Shown piece by piece: positions 8,217-17,031 of a stretch of 32,000 bases of DNA (the stretch's first letter is position 1; every line of letters starts with the position of its first letter). Under the pieces are notes generated by a model, which searched no databases, had not been told where the DNA came from, and saw nothing but the letters and a program-made list of their open reading frames with translations. The stretch covers positions 2,640,001 to 2,672,000 of the forward strand of contig OY759724.1 of assembly GCA_963662715.1 (NCBI GenBank). The letters run 5' to 3'. Made by a program: the position numbers and the translations under genes. Source of the stretch: Candidatus Omnitrophota bacterium. Lineage in GTDB: Bacteria > Omnitrophota > Gorgyraeia > Zapsychrales > JANLHA01.

Positions 8217-9851
8217 ATGAAAACACAAAAAGTATTCCCGGATTTAAAACGGCTGTCAATTTATTCGAAATTCAATTTTTTCCTTATTTTTTGTGGCATC
8301 CTTTTTCGGGGGATTCATTACTTTCAAAAGACCTCATTTTGGTTGGATGAAGTTAATATTGTCCTGCCGACACAATTTGTTCCTTTTCGTAATTTCCTCA
8401 GCGGAGGTTTTTCTCACCCGAGTGTCCCCATAAAACCTCTTATCTTTAACTTGTTTTTAAAAAGCCTGGGGAGCCTGTTTGGTTTTTACGAATGGATTAT
8501 GAGAGTGCTCCCGCTGACAGCCAGTGTGCTTGCGCTTTTTTTGTTTTATTATGTTGCCAAACAATATTTATCTGAAAAAAAGGTCCCGTTGGCCCTGGGC
8601 CTGTTCGCCTTTTCTCCCGCGCTTATCGATTATGCCGCAGAGGTTAATACATATGCCAGCGACGTGTTGGTGGCCGTCGCGGTCTTGGCCCTGTTTTTAT
8701 ATGTCCAGACCAGAGGGCTCCTGAAAGAACATATTTATTTCATGGGATGGGTCGCTATGATAACCCCTTGGCTGTCATATTCGGCCCCGTTTATTTCGAT
8801 CCCGGCCGCCGTCTTGATCTTTGCCCGTCTTTATCAGGAGAAAGACCGGGAGCGTTTGTTCGCTTTTTTCTCCATGTGCGTTTTCGGAATGGTGTCGCTT
8901 TTGAGGCTGTACCAATATTATGCTCTGCCCACCCTTCATTCGGAAGAATTCATCGTGGACCGTATGGTCTATTTCCCAAAGGTTGCAGGGCTGCCCGGGG
9001 TATTCCCGCTGCTGTTTAACTTGGTCCGGACATTTACCTATGAGTCTCTGGGCATGCGATATCCTCTCTTGATTGGCCTCCTTGTCCTCTGGGGAACGAT
9101 CGCCTGTCTGCGCAGAAAAACTCACCGGCATGTTTTGCTTTTGATGCCTTTTTTATGTGTGGCGGCCGCTATTATGTTAAGAATCTATCCGTCTTACGCC
9201 AGGTCGCTTTTATTCCTGTCTCCTTTGATGTATTTAATCCTTTCCGAAGGTGTGGATTTCATGGCCCGGGGGATTCGCCGGGGAAAACTCATTATCATAT
9301 CGTGTGTTGTAACCATGCTTTTTTGTCCGCCGTTTATCCAGTCCTTGGATGATTTGAAAAGTGTCCAAAACAGGGAAGACAACCGGCAATCGATGGAATT
9401 TTTCATGGCCCGGTATGTTCCGGGTGACGGAATCGTCTTGTCGGAATTCGGTCTGCAGATTTTTGTTTACTATCTTAATAATTTCAGAAGCCGAAAACCC
9501 GGTCTTGCAGATCCCGTCAGCCGCAACGCCCGGCAGTTGAATGAACTCGCTGTCTGGCGGCTGGCACAGAACCTGCATTCCCAAGATCAGCCCCCGTCCC
9601 TGGACATTTTCGAGTATAAAACAACGGACCGGCTTTTATTCGATCATAAAGACAGGGATATGACTATTACGGCGTCTTCTCCGTTGTTTTTGGAGCATTC
9701 CAAGAGAGTGTGGCTGATTTTGTTGCATTATCATCATGATGTTAAGAATTTTATGGACAAATATTTTGCCTCACACGGGCAAATGGTTGATAAATATGAG
9801 GGGAGAGGCGCGGCCGTTTATTTGTACGAACTGGAGGCCCGGACAGAGTAG
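8217..9851 (+). CDS. Polytopic GT-C-fold glycosyltransferase (family 39 / ArnT-PMT-like)
   Basis: The protein has at least 10 hydrophobic segments. An acidic motif in the first loop (FWLDEVN) resembles the DE motif of GT-C enzymes, and there is a soluble C-terminal domain. The start is taken at ATG 8217 (MKTQKVF) rather than the track's 8154. Confidence 0.5.
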   Translation: MKTQKVFPDLKRLSIYSKFNFFLIFCGILFRGIHYFQKTSFWLDEVNIVLPTQFVPFRNFLSGGFSHPSVPIKPLIFNLFLKSLGSLFGFYEWIMRVLPLTASVLALFLFYYVAKQYLSEKKVPLALGLFAFSPALIDYAAEVNTYASDVLVAVAVLALFLYVQTRGLLKEHIYFMGWVAMITPWLSYSAPFISIPAAVLIFARLYQEKDRERLFAFFSMCVFGMVSLLRLYQYYALPTLHSEEFIVDRMVYFPKVAGLPGVFPLLFNLVRTFTYESLGMRYPLLIGLLVLWGTIACLRRKTHRHVLLLMPFLCVAAAIMLRIYPSYARSLLFLSPLMYLILSEGVDFMARGIRRGKLIIISCVVTMLFCPPFIQSLDDLKSVQNREDNRQSMEFFMARYVPGDGIVLSEFGLQIFVYYLNNFRSRKPGLADPVSRNARQLNELAVWRLAQNLHSQDQPPSLDIFEYKTTDRLLFDHKDRDMTITASSPLFLEHSKRVWLILLHYHHDVKNFMDKYFASHGQMVDKYEGRGAAVYLYELEARTE

Positions 9852-9941
9852 TCTGTGGCTTTTAGCAAAGACGCGGGTTGCGCGCTTAGTTTATTTTAGA
9901 AAAGTAATAATTTTTAAGAAATTATATATAAAAAAAGCAAA

Positions 9942-9970
9942 TTGACATCCTATTTAATATAATGTATATT
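9942..9970 (+). promoter_or_regulatory. Possible sigma70-type promoter
   Basis: TTGACA (9942-9947), a 17-nt spacer, then TATATT (9965-9970). It sits in an AT-rich intergenic region about 95 nt upstream of ATG 10063. Confidence 0.35.
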
Positions 9971-10062
9971 TGTAATAGTAGTTAACTCACCCTTTTGCAG
10001 TAATATTTTGTCCCTTCAAGCAATACCTTTTCTTAATCTTTCAAGAAAACTGACGGTGTTCT

Positions 10063-10920
10063 ATGTTTCCAACAGCAAAAGAAAACTGTATTGGGTTTAG
10101 AAAAGCTTATTTAAAATTTTTAAAAGTTGTTTTATGTCTTTCCTTAATTCTCTCTCCTAATTATACTTACGCTCAAAGCCTTTCTCCGGAAGCCTTGGGA
10201 TTGCCCCCTTTGGGACACATGGTTTCCACAACGGACAGCTATATCCCGATGACCATGAAAGGCCTGACAATCTATTCTCAGGATCCCTTCAAATTCGACT
10301 TTATCATGAATACCGGCGATTCCGGGCTGGAAGGAGAGGCTTTCCGGGAAGAAGCCCGGAAAATTATCCTGTATTTCTTGGCGACTTTGACGACGCCGGA
10401 AGAGGAGATGTGGGTCAATTTATCTCCGGAAGAAAAAGACCGCATTATTCCTGACCAGTTGGGGAGAACGGAACTGGGTGTCGCCATGCTTTCCCAGGAT
10501 TATGTCCTTAAGCAATTGACGGCATCAATGATATACCCTGATCATGATCTGGGACGGGATTTTTGGGACCGAACTTATAAAAAGGTCTCTGAACTATATG
10601 GGCACACCGATATCCCGGTTAATACATTTAACAAAATTTGGATCTTCCCTGATGAGGCCGAGGTCTATGAGTCGCAGGACAGCGCTTTTGTTGTCAGGCA
10701 ACATTTAAAAGTGATGCTGGAAGACGATTATAAAGTGCTGAAAAGCCATATGAAGAACAACCATCTGGGGATGGGGAAGATTCAGGAAAAGGACGCGGTT
10801 GTGCTGCAGGATGCCGCGGCGGATGTGGTCAGAGAGGTCTTGATCCCGGAAATTGAACGGGAAGTGAATCACGGGAAGAATTTTGCAAAGCTCCGGCAGA
10901 TTTTCAGCGCGATGATCTGA
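10063..10920 (+). CDS. Secreted conserved hypothetical protein, 3'-truncated by IS insertion (stop codon supplied by the IS inverted repeat)
   Basis: There is a signal peptide (VVLCLSLILSPNYTYAQS). The ORF has no native stop: TGA 10918-10920 is the first 3 nt of the IS terminal repeat TGACCTGCCCCC. The function is unknown to me. Confidence 0.6.
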   Translation: MFPTAKENCIGFRKAYLKFLKVVLCLSLILSPNYTYAQSLSPEALGLPPLGHMVSTTDSYIPMTMKGLTIYSQDPFKFDFIMNTGDSGLEGEAFREEARKIILYFLATLTTPEEEMWVNLSPEEKDRIIPDQLGRTELGVAMLSQDYVLKQLTASMIYPDHDLGRDFWDRTYKKVSELYGHTDIPVNTFNKIWIFPDEAEVYESQDSAFVVRQHLKVMLEDDYKVLKSHMKNNHLGMGKIQEKDAVVLQDAAADVVREVLIPEIEREVNHGKNFAKLRQIFSAMI

Positions 10921-10930
10921 CCTGCCCCCA

Positions 10931-11782
10931 TTAGTTGTGCCAAAAGTTGTGAGAGTTTAACGGAGATGGCTGAAGCCATCTTGGTTGAATAGCTTCCGGT
11001 GCCGGAGGCTTATAACCCAATGATCCATGCGGACGGATCGTATTATATTCCCACCGCCAGCGTTCCACCAACACCTGAGCTTCATACAATGTATCAAAAA
11101 TTTCCAGATTTAACAACTCATCCCGTAGTCGCCCGTTAAAGGATTCAATATATCCATTTTCCCAAGGGCTTCCCGGTTCAATATACAACGTTTCCACTCC
11201 GATCCGTCTCAACCACCAACGGACGCGTTCAGCGATAAATTCCGGCCCATTATCCGAACGAATATATAACGGCACTCCTTTTTCAATAAACAATCGAGAT
11301 AAAACATCAAGCACATTCCTGGAATTGAGTTTGCGCCCAACTTCTATGGCCAGGCATTCCCGGCTATACTCATCAATGATCGTTAACATCTTTATTGGTC
11401 GGCCATTTGATGTCCGGTCATGAACAAAATCATAACTCCAGACGTGGTTGTGATGTTCTGGCCGTAATCGGATGCAGGAACCGTCATTCAGCCATAACCT
11501 CCTTCGTTTAGGTTGTTTCATCGGAACTTTAAGACCTTCCCGTCTCCATAAACGTTCGACTCGTTTATCATTTAATGGCATCCAGCCCGATTCGCGTAAC
11601 AATTCAGCAACTTTTCGGTATCCATATCGTCCATATTGCTTGACCATATTGATCATAGCCTCAACTAATGCTCCTTCATCATATCGGCCTGAACATCTAT
11701 ATTGCTGTGTTGATCTTGCTTGGCTAAGAATTTTACACAACCGCCTTTCTGATACTTTGGGGAATTTCTCCTTCGCCCACAT
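10931..11782 (-). CDS. IS3-family transposase OrfB (rve/DDE catalytic core)
   Basis: Motifs present: [19 protein letters not shown] and [13 protein letters not shown] count 35 residues between the second D and the E, giving DD(35)E. An HTH_21-like N-terminus ([32 protein letters not shown]) precedes the core. It is probably made as an OrfAB fusion. Confidence 0.9.
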   Translation of the reverse strand: MWAKEKFPKVSERRLCKILSQARSTQQYRCSGRYDEGALVEAMINMVKQYGRYGYRKVAELLRESGWMPLNDKRVERLWRREGLKVPMKQPKRRRLWLNDGSCIRLRPEHHNHVWSYDFVHDRTSNGRPIKMLTIIDEYSRECLAIEVGRKLNSRNVLDVLSRLFIEKGVPLYIRSDNGPEFIAERVRWWLRRIGVETLYIEPGSPWENGYIESFNGRLRDELLNLEIFDTLYEAQVLVERWRWEYNTIRPHGSLGYKPPAPEAIQPRWLQPSPLNSHNFWHN

Positions 11783-11786
11783 AATC

Positions 11787-11821
11787 GCCCGGCGTTTCTT
11801 GGCCGGGCTTAGAAGTTTCCC
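11787..11821 (-). other. -1 programmed ribosomal frameshift signal: G GGA AAC slippery heptamer plus downstream hairpin
   Basis: The minus strand reads GAG GGA AAC TTC TAA in the OrfA frame. The heptamer G GGA AAC (11821-11815) fits X XXY YYZ. After a 6-nt spacer comes a perfect 7-bp stem GCCCGGC/GCCGGGC (11808-11802 and 11793-11787) with an 8-nt loop. The -1 frame reads [19 protein letters not shown] and runs into OrfB. Confidence 0.6.
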
Positions 11822-12084
11822 TCATTGACTTCCTTCAAAATAGCGTTATCTAATGATAAGTCAGCCACCAGTTTCTTTAACCGGGCATTCTCCCGTTCTA
11901 ACTCTTTATACTTCTTGGCTTGATCTATTTTCATCCCGCCGTATGCCTTGCGCCAACGGTAATAGGTCTGTTCCGATATGCCCGCTTGTCGGCAGGCATC
12001 TCCGGTGTCCAGCCCTTTACCAAGGTGTATTTCAACTTCTCGTAATTTCGTAATTATTTCTTCTGATTTGAATCTTTTACCCAT
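11809..12084 (-). CDS. IS3-family transposase OrfA
   Basis: The 91-aa product has an HTH ([19 protein letters not shown]) and then a leucine-zipper-like tail ([25 protein letters not shown]). Confidence 0.9.
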   Translation of the reverse strand: MGKRFKSEEIITKLREVEIHLGKGLDTGDACRQAGISEQTYYRWRKAYGGMKIDQAKKYKELERENARLKKLVADLSLDNAILKEVNEGNF

Positions 12085-12141
12085 TTTTGCCCCTTTCTGT
12101 TATCATTATTCTATCACAAAAAGTGGCTCAACTTTTGGGGG

Positions 12142-15100
12142 GTGGGTCATATTTCGGCGGCCAAATCATATCAGGACAATAAAATTTTAATGATAGGGAA
12201 TTTTTTTAAAGAGCCGCAGACCATTGAAGTCTCTGTTCATGATGAATTCAATTTTTCCCCCGAGGATACGGTTGAGTTTGAGAATCTGCTTGATCCCTCA
12301 GAAGAGGTGGTCGTTGAATCCGGGGAACTGTCCTATTCCCTGGAACCGGGTGAGTTTGCCGTCTTGCGCCTGAAGTCTGCATCGCTGGCGCCTGTTTTAA
12401 GCTCATCCCCGATTACGGCACCATGGGATTGGGACGGCAACAAAAATAAGACGGTCATGGTTCATCAGGGCCAGGCTTTGCTGATAGAGAATCCCCAGCC
12501 TTTTGAGGTCCATTTTATTGCCAATGCCACAGGCCGGAGAGACATGGCCGCGGCGACGCGGGAGGCGGATACCGGCCCGTATCAAGTGAGTTTAGGCGAC
12601 CTTGAACCGGGCGATTATTCGATAACCTTCCGCTGGCCGGGCAAGCAGACGAATGACGGCTGGGAAGGAGAGGACGGTATAAAGTTTTATCACTTTACTG
12701 TTTTACCCGAAGGCCCGGCCAATTCTCAAGGACGGTTGTCCATCCGGTTGACCCGGGATGATTTTAACGCCTATCCCCACCATACGGTGACCTTGTCGAA
12801 CGGGATTGGGAGTATTTTAAGAATGCCGGTCAGGCCCCTGAACCGCGATCAGCATGAGGGGGGGATTAGGATCGGCGGGCATGTCAGTAAATATGACGGG
12901 TTTCTGGTGAACTTGATGAAGCGCGGGACCCCGGATGAAGCTAAACGGGTCGTCTACCGGGGCACGGTGGATGATGTCACGCTTCACTTTTCCGACGGAC
13001 GTACAGGACGCTATCATCTTGATGCCTCAACGTTTGACCATTTTGAACGCTATCCTCTGCCGTCCTGGACGTACGTTATTCAGGAGGGGGGGGAGAAAGT
13101 TGTTGTTGAGAAGACGGTGGTGTTAAAGCAAAATGAAAATGCTTTTGCCTTGAATTACCGGATCATCTCCGCCACGCTGGGAGTCGAGAATACAGAACTT
13201 TTCGTCCGTCCGGATATCGACCAGAGAACCCACCATGAGACAACGACAATCACTCCTGAGAGTATGGGGTGGTGGGCCGGTAAGCATGCCATGTATCTTA
13301 ATCCCGATAATCAGCCGGTGGGATTTGTTTTGCACCCTGTCAATGAAGCCTGGCGGGACTGGTACCCGGGATTTAACGGCATTCAGATGTATGCGACACA
13401 GGGGCGCTATCAGGAAGCTCATGAGCGGCATTACAGCGACAATCCTTTGGAGACAGAGAGAGGCCAGGGAGAATATACGGACAGTTACAGCCCGGGATTT
13501 TTTAGCTCTTCGCTTATGCCGGGGGACAGTGCCAGTATCGTGTTTTCAAGCATGGATATTAACACCCCGAGCCGTCAGTATTCAGAAGAGGATGTCCAAA
13601 GCACGATGCAGGAGAACATCGCTTTAATGGAAGAAAGGCTGGATTTGATTAAAGACCGTGCGGCCAGGGCGGATCCTTTTGTGCAAAAACTTGTTTTGGC
13701 CCTCTGGGAATTTATTGTGGAACGGGATGAGTTTTTTACTGTGATCGCGGGGCATCCCTGGTTTTCCGACTGGGGGCGGGATACGTTTATTGCTTTTGAC
13801 GGGATTTTAGCGGCAGGCATGGATGAGGTGGCCCGGGGGCTGATCATGGCTTTCGGTAAATTCGAAGGCAAAGACGGGAATAAAGGTATGCTGCCGAACA
13901 TCATCAACGGGTCAAACGCCGGCAACTGGGATACCGTCGATGCTCCGTTACTGTATATTCTGGCTGTACGGAATTATATCGAGAGCACGAAAGACACTTC
14001 TATCCTGTCGGCGCGGACAGGAGGCCGGACGATCAGAGAGATTATAGAATCCATTATTGAAGGTTATCAGAACGGAACCCCCAACGGTATTCGTATGGAT
14101 TCTGAAACAGGACTCATCTATTCCCCGGCGCATTATACCTGGATGGATACGAATTATCCTGCCGCGACCCCCAGAGAAGGCTACACGGTGGAGAATAACG
14201 CCCGTTGGTTTGAAACCCTTATGTGGGTGTCGGATATATATAAGAAGGAAGAGAATTTTACTAAAGCCAAAGATTATTCGCAGCTCGCCGGCCAGGTTCA
14301 GGAGAATTTCAATAAATTGTTCTGGAATGAGGCGGGTGGGTATCTTGCCGACACGATCAAGGCCGGGCCAGGAGTCAGCGCCCTGTACGGGGAGCAGGAT
14401 AATGCTCTTCGTCCCAATCAGCTGATTGCGGTTCTTTCCCGATACGGGCTTCTTTCTAAGGACCGGCAAAGAAAAGTCGCCAAAATAGTTGAGGCCAAGC
14501 TTCTTGTGCCGACCGGTCTGCGCACTCTATCCGAGGATACGCAATCCAGTTCGGAATACCCTTATCAGGGGATATATGAAGGCAGCGATGATCATGGCCG
14601 GAAACAAGCTTATCACAACGGAACCGTGTGGCCGCATCTTTTCGGAGACTGGGCGTTAGCCTATGTTACGGCGTATGACTTTTCTCAGGAGAGTATCCAT
14701 TACGTTTTGCCCTATTTTTCTCCCATTGAACAGCATTTGAAAGAGGCCGGCGTCGGTTCTGTTTCGGAAGTGAGGGACGGGAATTATCCTCACCGCCCCA
14801 GGGGCACTGATGCTCAGGCTTGGAGCGTTGCTCTTCCTCTGGCGGCTTATATGGAAATCAAGTATGGACAAGATTCTGCGGCTTTGTCATCCCCTTTGAA
14901 TATTTTGGCCGGAGGCCAGGCAGATAATGTTTCATCTCCTCTCAGCCGTTTGACAGATATAGAAACACAGGGAGAAAGTTTTGGTGGTATTGATCTTAAT
15001 GCCGAGTTAATGAATCTTAAAATAAAACGTGATAACAATGGCGTTTTACTGTCTCCCCCGCAGCAGCCTATGCAGAATCTGCAGATAGAAGGACTCTTTC

Positions 15101-15159
15101 CGGTTATCATTCATGTGGCCCCCGTTGATCTTCCTTTAATTATCGGGTTAAAAGATTAA
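12142..15159 (+). CDS. Glycogen-debranching-type enzyme (amylo-alpha-1,6-glucosidase / GDE_C family), 5'-truncated by the IS, with a non-catalytic C-terminal tail
   Basis: Hallmark GDE motifs are GHPWFSDWGRDTFIAFDGIL and YHNGTVWPHLFG. The first ~80 aa (KILMIGNFFKEPQTIEVSV...LEPGEFAVLRL) look like the C-terminal beta-sandwich of a GH13-type amylase whose catalytic domain is missing. The only upstream start (GTG 12142) lies inside the IS repeat. The first native ATG is 12190. Confidence 0.75.
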   Translation: MGHISAAKSYQDNKILMIGNFFKEPQTIEVSVHDEFNFSPEDTVEFENLLDPSEEVVVESGELSYSLEPGEFAVLRLKSASLAPVLSSSPITAPWDWDGNKNKTVMVHQGQALLIENPQPFEVHFIANATGRRDMAAATREADTGPYQVSLGDLEPGDYSITFRWPGKQTNDGWEGEDGIKFYHFTVLPEGPANSQGRLSIRLTRDDFNAYPHHTVTLSNGIGSILRMPVRPLNRDQHEGGIRIGGHVSKYDGFLVNLMKRGTPDEAKRVVYRGTVDDVTLHFSDGRTGRYHLDASTFDHFERYPLPSWTYVIQEGGEKVVVEKTVVLKQNENAFALNYRIISATLGVENTELFVRPDIDQRTHHETTTITPESMGWWAGKHAMYLNPDNQPVGFVLHPVNEAWRDWYPGFNGIQMYATQGRYQEAHERHYSDNPLETERGQGEYTDSYSPGFFSSSLMPGDSASIVFSSMDINTPSRQYSEEDVQSTMQENIALMEERLDLIKDRAARADPFVQKLVLALWEFIVERDEFFTVIAGHPWFSDWGRDTFIAFDGILAAGMDEVARGLIMAFGKFEGKDGNKGMLPNIINGSNAGNWDTVDAPLLYILAVRNYIESTKDTSILSARTGGRTIREIIESIIEGYQNGTPNGIRMDSETGLIYSPAHYTWMDTNYPAATPREGYTVENNARWFETLMWVSDIYKKEENFTKAKDYSQLAGQVQENFNKLFWNEAGGYLADTIKAGPGVSALYGEQDNALRPNQLIAVLSRYGLLSKDRQRKVAKIVEAKLLVPTGLRTLSEDTQSSSEYPYQGIYEGSDDHGRKQAYHNGTVWPHLFGDWALAYVTAYDFSQESIHYVLPYFSPIEQHLKEAGVGSVSEVRDGNYPHRPRGTDAQAWSVALPLAAYMEIKYGQDSAALSSPLNILAGGQADNVSSPLSRLTDIETQGESFGGIDLNAELMNLKIKRDNNGVLLSPPQQPMQNLQIEGLFPVIIHVAPVDLPLIIGLKD

Positions 15160-15516
15160 TTTTTTTAATATTGTGAAGGGATTCCACAAGAACCTGCCCC
15201 CCCCAGTTGTCATGGGGTCCCGCCACGTTTTGCTCATTTGAAGATTTGGTTCAGAAGCTGTCTTGTCATTGAAATCAAGGGTAATAAAACGGTAAAAATT
15301 ATGTGAAAAAACTTTACGATGTGTTTTTTCTGTGCTAGGTTTAAATTATGTTTTCCTAAATATAATTGTTTTAGCATGTTATGCTATATATATCCTCGAG
15401 AAGATTTTTTTTTCTTCTTGCCCGTGGAGGCCTTGAGGGGAAGTCTTTTTATGGGGCAAGAGGAGCGCTAAGAAAATCAGGCAAAGATATACTGAACCAG
15501 CAAAGAGGAGGCGGTT

Positions 15517-16827
15517 ATGTTCAAACAAAGGGTGTTCATCAGGTGTCTTGTGTCGGCTGTTATAGGTGTATTTGTCCTGTCGTCTCCAGGGATGGCGTCG
15601 GATGATGTGATAAGGACTCTTACAGAAAGATTGGACAAGTTAGAACAGGAAAATGCCGAATTAAGAGCTGAGATTAATGCTATAAAAGGGCAAGTTGAGG
15701 GAGTGAAGAAGGAGACTCGTGATTCGAAAACAATGGGGGGAGAAGAAAGTGAAGGAAATTTGATTGTTAACAAGCCCCCGGTTCAAATAGAAGTCTACGG
15801 GATGATCAAGACGGATATGATTTATAATGATTCACAGGCCGGGGAAAGCGGCAGCCAGGCACCATCGGAGAGCGAGGGGGCCCGTGATAATGATGAGTTT
15901 TTGTTTAATGCGCGGGATTCTCGTATAGGTTTAAATTTCATCGGGCCAAAAATATTCGATGATGGAGAAATGAAGGGAAAAATTGAATTTGACTTTAACG
16001 GAAGCAGTGACGATCATTCGACCTCCTCCCAGCCAAGATTCCGTCACGTGTACGCCCAGGCATCCTTCCCAAACTGGAGTCTGTTGGCCGGGCAGACAAA
16101 CGCTTTTTTTTCTCCTTATAACCCGACGACTCTCACGGTTTACTCTATGAGACGGAAAGGAAATGTGGGATATCGGCATGCTCAGCTGAGGCTGACGAAC
16201 ATGTGGGAGAATATCCCTGGCGGAGATTTGAAGACAGACGTGGGGTTGATAGAAACAGATGACCTGAACGCAGATGCGGGGTCTCCTGATTTTGTCGGAT
16301 ATATCACTTATACAACGGAGCTCCTGGATCGGCCGCTGGAGATCGGTGTCGGCGGTCTTTATGGGCAGGCAGATATCTCCAGTACGGTGGATAAAAACGT
16401 TGATATATGGGCCGTAACAGGCCATATAAAATATCAGCCTCTCGATGAGTGGCAGTTGTTGACGGAATTTTTCAAGGGGGCTGGTTTGACCTCTTACCGG
16501 GGCTTAGGCCCATCTGAAGTCACCAATGCCAGCGATGAGACCGCGAAAGCCATTGCCGGCAGCGGCGGATGGGTACAGATTAAATATAATCCTAACGATA
16601 AATGGGAAATCAATAACACTTACGGGATTGAGGATATTAAAACGACTTTAGGCGCGGCGGACACGACAACCTGGGATTATCAATATTCTCATCTCCATAA
16701 TGTGTTTTACAAGATCACGAACAACGTATCTGTGGGCCTTGAATATCAGAGAATTGTCGCGAAATTCAAACAAAAGGACGGCGGAGATTTGAACCGCTGG
16801 ATGACGTCTATCATTTACAAATTTTAA
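15517..16827 (+). CDS. Outer-membrane beta-barrel porin with N-terminal coiled coil (DcaP-like architecture)
   Basis: There is a signal peptide (VSAVIGVFVLSSPGMA), then a heptad coiled coil (LTERLDKLEQENAELRAEINAIKGQVE). Alternating-hydrophobicity beta strands follow, ending in the OMP signature ...SIIYKF. The SD GAGGAGG lies 5 nt before the ATG. Confidence 0.6.
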   Translation: MFKQRVFIRCLVSAVIGVFVLSSPGMASDDVIRTLTERLDKLEQENAELRAEINAIKGQVEGVKKETRDSKTMGGEESEGNLIVNKPPVQIEVYGMIKTDMIYNDSQAGESGSQAPSESEGARDNDEFLFNARDSRIGLNFIGPKIFDDGEMKGKIEFDFNGSSDDHSTSSQPRFRHVYAQASFPNWSLLAGQTNAFFSPYNPTTLTVYSMRRKGNVGYRHAQLRLTNMWENIPGGDLKTDVGLIETDDLNADAGSPDFVGYITYTTELLDRPLEIGVGGLYGQADISSTVDKNVDIWAVTGHIKYQPLDEWQLLTEFFKGAGLTSYRGLGPSEVTNASDETAKAIAGSGGWVQIKYNPNDKWEINNTYGIEDIKTTLGAADTTTWDYQYSHLHNVFYKITNNVSVGLEYQRIVAKFKQKDGGDLNRWMTSIIYKF

Positions 16828-16851
16828 CCTGATAAGAAATAACCGCAAGAG

Positions 16852-16884
16852 CCGTACAGGAACCACCCTGTGCGGTTTTTTTTT
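16852..16884 (+). terminator. Rho-independent terminator
   Basis: A 9-bp stem ccgtacagg/cctgtgcgg (one G-U pair), a 6-nt loop aaccac, then T9 (16876-16884). It begins 25 nt after the porin stop. Confidence 0.7.
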
Positions 16885-17031
16885 CGGTGTATAAAGAGCT
16901 GTGTGAACTTGCTTTGTGTGGGCATGTTTTTTGTGCTAGAATTAATGTCCATTAGGATTGAAGAAAATCAGGGGACCGTAAACAGAACCGTATAATTTTT
17001 TATTAACGAATAAATAAGGAGGAATGCTGTC

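Larger units (their letters stand above)
10918..12149 (-). mobile_element. Complete IS3-family insertion sequence (1232 bp)
   Basis: Imperfect terminal inverted repeats are present. The left one is TGACCTGCCCCCATTAGTTGTGCCA (10918-10942). The right one, as the reverse complement of 12124-12149, is TGACCCACCCCCCAAAAGTTGAGCCA. About 20 of 26 positions match with one 1-nt gap. Inside are OrfA, OrfB and a frameshift signal. The OrfB stop lies within the left repeat. No flanking direct repeat is present. Confidence 0.85.

Noticed and set aside
13948-14469. 173-aa antisense ORF and a 122-aa same-strand off-frame ORF inside the debranching-enzyme gene.
   Set aside because: They are embedded in a region with conserved GDE motifs in the annotated frame, and have no independent signals.
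15381-15605. 74-aa ORF overlapping the porin start.
   Set aside because: It is out of frame with a well-supported porin gene that has a strong SD and a signal peptide. It is Gly/Arg-rich.
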